Assembly (NCBI GenBank): GCA_044226625.1
Contig: JBGAGQ010000107.1
Span: forward strand, 1-14,317
Direction of reading: 5' to 3'
DNA from: Thermoanaerobaculia bacterium
GTDB lineage: Bacteria; Acidobacteriota; Thermoanaerobaculia; Multivoradales; UBA5704
Length of the DNA stretch: 14,317 nucleotides
The translations under genes were made by a program, and so were the position numbers. Below are positions 7,397 to 14,317 of the stretch, piece by piece; positions within the stretch are counted from its first letter, which is position 1; every line of letters begins with the position of its first letter. Under the pieces are notes generated by a model. That model did no database searches. It was not told the origin of the DNA and worked only from the letters and a program-made list of their open reading frames with translations.

Positions 7397-8305
7397 TCAG
7401 TGCTCGATTTCAACAGCCGCCAGAATCCTGCCGGCGCTGCGCCGGGGGTATGAAAGATGTTCGTCCTCGGTGATCAGAACCCGAGCGCCGGTCGACGCGG
7501 CCAGGGCCTCGATCCGGGCCAGGTCGGTCACGTGATCGGAGCGTCCGTGGACGAAGGTGACCTTCGGCCCGAGCTTCTCGATCGGAACGGCGATCGGCTC
7601 GCGTAGGAGAACGTTGCGCAGCGAGCCGTTGAACGAGCGCCAGGTGTGGAGCAGCGCTTCTTTCGAGAGCTCGGGCGGCACGTCGGGGAGGGAGCGGGCA
7701 ACCAGGGGAGCGAGAAAGCGGCTCGGTATCGCTTCGTGCAGCTTGCAAGCCTCGCGGGCGAGGAGGGGATTCAGCGTGAAGAGGCCACCCATCGAGGACA
7801 TTTCGCGGATGTGCGCGCGGGCCTCCCGCTCGTCGTCGAACACCGGGGCGCCCAAGAGGAAGAGATGCTCGACCTCGTCCGGGTATCGCGCAGCGTAATA
7901 CGCCGCGAGCAGCGTGCCGAACGAGTGGGCGATGAAGGTCACGCGGCGCGTGGCACCTTCGGCCACCAAAGTCCGGCGCAATGCGCCGAGGTGATCTTCC
8001 AGGGTGTAGTCGACATCCGGGAGCGGAGAGCGCCCGAAACCGAGCGCGTCGACGAAGATCAACCGATGATTCTTCGCCAATGGATCGAAGGCTCCCTGCC
8101 AGAAATGGGTTGTCGCGGGGAGTCCGGCGAGGAAGACGATGGGACTCCCCTCACCCCGGATCTCCACGTAAAGCCGATCGCCAAGGTACGCCCTCTCGGC
8201 CCGCAGGCTTCGGACGCGCCACGCGGCGACCGCCTCGACCAAGCCGGCCGCCGCGGCGATCGACAGGGGTGCGATCCATAGGGTCTTCCACGCGCGTCGT
8301 TTCAT
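7397..8305 (-). CDS. Alpha/beta-fold hydrolase with N-terminal membrane anchor/signal
   Basis: Likely start MKRRAWKTLW at 8305 (ORF open to 8428; start uncertain). Motifs VFLAGLP, VDALGFGRS, AHSFG nucleophile elbow, HGRSD acid, DEHLS His. Confidence 0.88.
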   Translation of the reverse strand: MKRRAWKTLWIAPLSIAAAAGLVEAVAAWRVRSLRAERAYLGDRLYVEIRGEGSPIVFLAGLPATTHFWQGAFDPLAKNHRLIFVDALGFGRSPLPDVDYTLEDHLGALRRTLVAEGATRRVTFIAHSFGTLLAAYYAARYPDEVEHLFLLGAPVFDDEREARAHIREMSSMGGLFTLNPLLAREACKLHEAIPSRFLAPLVARSLPDVPPELSKEALLHTWRSFNGSLRNVLLREPIAVPIEKLGPKVTFVHGRSDHVTDLARIEALAASTGARVLITEDEHLSYPRRSAGRILAAVEIEH

Positions 8306-8441
8306 CGGCTGATTTTTCAGGACCATCGGCATGATCGACGTCGTAAAGGTCCAACGGGAAGGCTCTTTCGGCTCGCCGAGCGAACCGGCCCTCCCAATCG
8401 TGCCGGGCGCCGATTCGGAAGGCAGCAAACCCCATACCCAC

Positions 8442-9389
8442 TCAGACCGTTTCGTTCTCGGCCCTCAGCTCCTCCCCCATCCTCCCGCGCGCCACCGCCA
8501 GGAACGCCTCGATCGCCGGGCTCTTGCGGTCGCGCCGCCAGGCGGCGGCGACGCGCGTCGTGCCGTGGCGCGCCGGGACGGCCAAGTAGCGGACGTTCGG
8601 CCAGCCGAGCCGCTCGACCGAGGCGGGGAGGATCGAGACGCCCACTCCCGCCGCGACCAGGCTTACGGTGGTGTAGAGCTCCCGGCTCACCTCGACCACG
8701 CGGGGGGAGAAGCCCGCGTCGCCGCAGAGGCGCATGACCTGGAAATAAAGCCCCGGGGCGATCTCGCTCGGGAAGAGGACGAACGGCTCGTCCTTCAGGT
8801 CCGCGACCGACGCCCGCTTTTTCTTCGCCAGGCGATGCGAGCCCTCGACGGTGATCATCAGCGGCTCGCGAAGGACCACCTCGATCTCGAGGTCGGAATC
8901 CGGCAGCGGCTCGCGCACGAAACCGATGTCCAGATCTCCCGCGCGCAGCGCCGCGAGCTGGGCGCCCGAAGCCATCTCGCGCAGGTCGAGGTAGACGCCG
9001 GGGAACTGCTCGCGAAACGCCCGAACGATCCGCGGCAGGGCGTGAAACATCACCGTCGCCGCGAACGCGATCCGGAGCTGGCCGGTCTCGCCGCGCGCCG
9101 CGCGGCGCACCGCTACCGCGGCGTTATCGACCGCAGACAGGATTCGCCGCGCCTCCTCGACGAGGACCCGGCCGGCGTCCGACAGCTCGACTTTGCGCTG
9201 GGTCCGCTCGAACAGCCGCGCGCCGATCCGCTCTTCGAGTTGCTGGATCTGCTGCGAGAGCGGCGGCTGCGCGATGCCCAGCCGGAGCGCCGCGCGGCCG
9301 AAGTGCAGCTCCTCGGCGACCGCCAGAAAGGAGCGGAGATGGCGCAGCTCGAAAGGCGGGCTGGGCGGCGGCTCTCGGTTCGCATTCAT
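8442..9389 (-). CDS. LysR-family transcriptional regulator (BenM/HcaR/AlsR-like)
   Basis: 315 aa. ELRHLRSFLAVAEELHFGRAALRLGIAQPPLSQQIQQLEERIGARLFERT HTH and LVAAGVGVSILP. Divergent from hppD. Confidence 0.96.
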   Translation of the reverse strand: MNANREPPPSPPFELRHLRSFLAVAEELHFGRAALRLGIAQPPLSQQIQQLEERIGARLFERTQRKVELSDAGRVLVEEARRILSAVDNAAVAVRRAARGETGQLRIAFAATVMFHALPRIVRAFREQFPGVYLDLREMASGAQLAALRAGDLDIGFVREPLPDSDLEIEVVLREPLMITVEGSHRLAKKKRASVADLKDEPFVLFPSEIAPGLYFQVMRLCGDAGFSPRVVEVSRELYTTVSLVAAGVGVSILPASVERLGWPNVRYLAVPARHGTTRVAAAWRRDRKSPAIEAFLAVARGRMGEELRAENETV

Positions 9390-9402
9390 ATCCCGATCCT
9401 CT

Positions 9403-9453
9403 CAATCAACCGTCGAGATTGTATTGGACATATCACTGCGCCGGACCTACCCT
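9403..9453 (+). promoter_or_regulatory. Candidate LysR operator and sigma70-type promoter of the hppD operon
   Basis: Dyad CAATC-N9-GATTG (9403-9421) containing T-N11-A (T9406/A9418), directly followed by TGGACA (9425-9430), a 17-nt spacer and TACCCT (9448-9453). Confidence 0.55.
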
Positions 9454-9523
9454 GTGGGCTCGCCGCGGCGCGCCCCGCCGTCGGCCCACACGTTTCCTCC
9501 ATCGCCCTCAGGAGATTCCGCGC

Positions 9524-10684
9524 ATGACCTCTTCCGCCCTGCTAGAAGCCCGATCGGACACCCCTGCGGTCACCGCCCCGACCGTCGCTCCGAACCTCGA
9601 TCCGTTTCCGATCCACGGCACGGATTACGTCGAGATCTACTGCGGCAACGCCAAGCAGGCGAGCCACTACTACCGGAGCGCGTTCGGCTTCCGCTTCGAG
9701 GGGTATCGCGGACCCGAGACCGGCGTGCGAGATCGGGCGAGCTACTTGATGACCCAGGGGAAGGTCCGCCTGGTCCTCACCTCCTCGCTGTCGCCCGATT
9801 CGCCGATCGCCGAGCATCATCGCCGGCACGGCGACGGCGTGCGCGATCTGGCGTTCTGGGTGGAAGATTGCCGCTCGGCGTTCGAGATCTCGGTCTCCCG
9901 CGGCGCGGTCCCGGTCCAGGAACCGACCGTCCTCTCGGACGCGGACGGCGAGGTGGTGATCGCCGCGATCCGCACCTACGGCGACACGATCCACTCGCTG
10001 GTCGAGCGCAAAGGCTATTTCGGCCTGTTCATGCCGGGCTTCGTCCCCGTCTCGCCGCGCTACCAGCCGGAGCCCGTCGGCTTCCGCTACGTCGATCACG
10101 CGGTGGGCAACGTCGAGCTCGGCAAGATGGATGAATGGGTCGGCTTCTACGAGCGCGTGATGGGCTTTGCCAACCTGGTCTCGTTCGACGACGCCGACAT
10201 CTCGACCGAGTACTCGGCGCTCATGTCCAAGGTGATGACCAGCGGCAACGAGCGGATCAAGCTGCCGATCAACGAGCCGGCGGTCGCCAAGAAGAAGTCG
10301 CAGATCGACGAGTACCTGGAGTTCTATGGCGGCCCGGGCGTGCAGCATCTGGCGATCGCGACCGACGACATCGTGGCGACCGTCACCGCCCTGCGGGACC
10401 GCGGCGTCGAGTTCCTCACGGTGCCGGGGACCTACTACGACGACCTCCTCGACCGCGTGGGCTCGATCGACGAGGACCTCGGTCCCCTGCGCGAGCTGGG
10501 CATCCTGGTCGACCGCGACGACGAGGGGTACCTGCTCCAGATCTTCACCAAGCCGGTCCAGGATCGTCCGACGATGTTCTATGAAATCATCCAGAGGAAG
10601 GGCGCCCGCTCGTTCGGCAAGGGAAATTTCAAGGCGCTCTTCGAGGCGATCGAGCGCGAGCAGGCGTTGCGCGGAAATCTCTAA
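9524..10684 (+). CDS. hppD: 4-hydroxyphenylpyruvate dioxygenase
   Basis: ATG at 9524 with AGGAG SD. HGDGVRDLA, DHAVGNV, SQIDEYLEFYGGPGVQHLA, YLLQIFTKP, YEIIQRKGARSFGKGNFKALFEAIEREQ (His/His/Glu iron triad). Confidence 0.97.
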   Translation: MTSSALLEARSDTPAVTAPTVAPNLDPFPIHGTDYVEIYCGNAKQASHYYRSAFGFRFEGYRGPETGVRDRASYLMTQGKVRLVLTSSLSPDSPIAEHHRRHGDGVRDLAFWVEDCRSAFEISVSRGAVPVQEPTVLSDADGEVVIAAIRTYGDTIHSLVERKGYFGLFMPGFVPVSPRYQPEPVGFRYVDHAVGNVELGKMDEWVGFYERVMGFANLVSFDDADISTEYSALMSKVMTSGNERIKLPINEPAVAKKKSQIDEYLEFYGGPGVQHLAIATDDIVATVTALRDRGVEFLTVPGTYYDDLLDRVGSIDEDLGPLRELGILVDRDDEGYLLQIFTKPVQDRPTMFYEIIQRKGARSFGKGNFKALFEAIEREQALRGNL

Positions 10685-11859
10685 TGCCGATCTACCACTC
10701 GCTGGGTGAGATCCCGAAGAAGCGCCACACGGTGTTTCGCCGCCCGGACGGCGGTCTCTACGCCGAAGAGCTGATGGGGCACGAGGGGTTCGTCGGCACG
10801 TCGTCGCTGCTCTATCACCTCTATCCGCCGACCTCGGTGCTCTCCGCCCGGAAGCTCGGGCCGATCGTCTGGGAGGCGGACGAGGAGACCTCGCTCCGCC
10901 ATCGCCACTTCCGCACCGCCCAGGCGAAGAAGGGCGGCAGCCCGATCCTCGATCGGACGCCGATGCTCTTCAATCGCGAAGTCGCGCTCCTGTACGCGGA
11001 ACCCGACCGGAACGACGACGCGTTCTACCGCAACTCCCAGGGCGATGAATGTATCTACGTCGCCGAGGGAACGGGGGTGCTCGAATCGGCGTTCGGCAAC
11101 CTGCCCGTCCGGGCCGGCGACTACGTCGTGATCCACCGCAACATCCTCCACCGGTGGGTCTTCGATCTCGCGGCCGGGCCGGCGAAGCTCCTGGTGATCG
11201 AGAGCCGCGGCCACATCCGGATTCCCAAGCGCTACCGCAACAAGGTCGGCCAGATGCTCGAAGGAGCGCCGTTCTGCGAGCGGGACATCCGGCGTCCGGG
11301 CGAGCTCGCGCCCCACGACGAGCGGGGAGAATTTCCGCTCCGGGTCAAGCAGTACGACGCGCTCCATGAGCTGGTGCTCGACCACCATCCGTTCGACGTC
11401 GTGGGATGGGACGGCTACTTCTACCCGTGGGCGTTCAGCATCCACGACTTCGAGCCGATCGTCGGCCGCATCCATCAACCGCCCCCGGTGCACCAGACGT
11501 TCGAGGGGGACGGCTTCGTCGTCTGCTCGTTCTGCCCGCGGCCGTACGACTTCGACCCGCAGGCGATCCCGGCGCCCTACAACCACAGCAACGTCGACTC
11601 CGACGAGGTGCTGTTCTACGCGTCGTCCGAGTTCATGAGCCGGAAAGGGATCGAGTACGGCTCGATCACCCACCACCCCGACGGCCTGCCCCACGGCCCG
11701 CATCCGGGCCGCGCCGAGGCGTCGATCGGCGCCAAATGGACGAACGAGCTCGCCGTGATGCTCGACTCGTTCCGGCCGCTCCGGATCGCCAAGGCCGCGA
11801 TGGCGTTCGAGGATCCGAGCTACCTCCGGAGCTGGATCGAAACCGGGCCGACCTCGTAG
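10684..11859 (+). CDS. hmgA: Homogentisate 1,2-dioxygenase
   Basis: 391 aa. HPFDVVGWDG, HQPPPVHQTF, PYNHSNVDSDEV, HGPHPG, ELAVMLDSFRPL. TAATG coupling with hppD. Confidence 0.95.
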   Translation: MPIYHSLGEIPKKRHTVFRRPDGGLYAEELMGHEGFVGTSSLLYHLYPPTSVLSARKLGPIVWEADEETSLRHRHFRTAQAKKGGSPILDRTPMLFNREVALLYAEPDRNDDAFYRNSQGDECIYVAEGTGVLESAFGNLPVRAGDYVVIHRNILHRWVFDLAAGPAKLLVIESRGHIRIPKRYRNKVGQMLEGAPFCERDIRRPGELAPHDERGEFPLRVKQYDALHELVLDHHPFDVVGWDGYFYPWAFSIHDFEPIVGRIHQPPPVHQTFEGDGFVVCSFCPRPYDFDPQAIPAPYNHSNVDSDEVLFYASSEFMSRKGIEYGSITHHPDGLPHGPHPGRAEASIGAKWTNELAVMLDSFRPLRIAKAAMAFEDPSYLRSWIETGPTS

Positions 11860-11869
11860 ATCCGACCCG

Positions 11870-14139
<2,270 letters not shown>

Positions 14140-14143
<4 letters not shown>

Positions 14144-14317
14144 CGTCCCGGCGCCGAGCCTCCCAGGCCCTGATGAACGGCCTGATCGACTACGCCGGGC
14201 TGTTTCCCCCCGCGGGGTTGGGGATGCGGGAGGCGGTCCAGAACTTCGCTCTGTATCGGGGGGAGTCGGTTGCTCAGCCCTCACCCCCGGCCCCTCTCCC
14301 AGAGGGAGAGGGGGGTC
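14140..14317 (+). CDS. Conserved hypothetical 'DYAGLFPP' protein, 5' part only
   Basis: ATGA overlap with aacS. Manual translation MTSRRRASQALMNGLIDYAGLFPPAGLGMREAVQNFALYRGESVAQPSPPAPLPEGEGG, open to the window edge. Confidence 0.8.
14278..14313 (+). repeat. Palindromic repeat copy 4 (related subfamily), within the DYAGLFPP ORF
   Basis: CCCTCACCCCCGG tail plus perfect 10-bp stem CCCCTCTCCC-AGA-GGGAGAGGGG, translated as PSPPAPLPEGEG. Confidence 0.85.

Noticed and set aside
8147-8159. CCCCTCACCCCGG resembling the tail of repeat copy 4
   Set aside because: No adjacent hairpin; it simply encodes the usual RGEG turn of the hydrolase on the minus strand.
9419-9523. Upstream extension of hppD (and 6852-7013 extension of the antitoxin-like ORF)
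   Set aside because: The extensions overlap the predicted promoter or higA, and the downstream starts have clear SD sequences.

Overview
High-GC bacterial chromosomal window with three blocks. (1) 1-6572, minus strand: a heavy-metal RND efflux operon (TolC/CzcC-like, CzcB-like adaptor, CzcA/CusA-family permease). It is preceded by a 90-aa signal-peptide, 6-Cys leader ORF whose stop codon can base-pair with the ribosome-binding site of the first pump gene, and followed by a small ORF plus nucleotidyltransferase pair (truncated at the edge). (2) 6593-7319, plus strand: decayed toxin-antitoxin material, namely a higB 3' remnant, an intact higA and a second toxin-less antitoxin-like ORF. (3) 7397-14317: an alpha/beta hydrolase and a LysR regulator, divergent from a tyrosine/homogentisate catabolic operon (hppD, hmgA, acetoacetate-CoA ligase, partial 'DYAGLFPP' protein). 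Two signals stand out: a candidate metal-sensing leader-peptide translational switch upstream of the pump, and a family of pyrimidine-tail GC hairpin repeats inserted in frame in two consecutive metabolic genes. All calls come from manual reading and family recognition; no searches were run.
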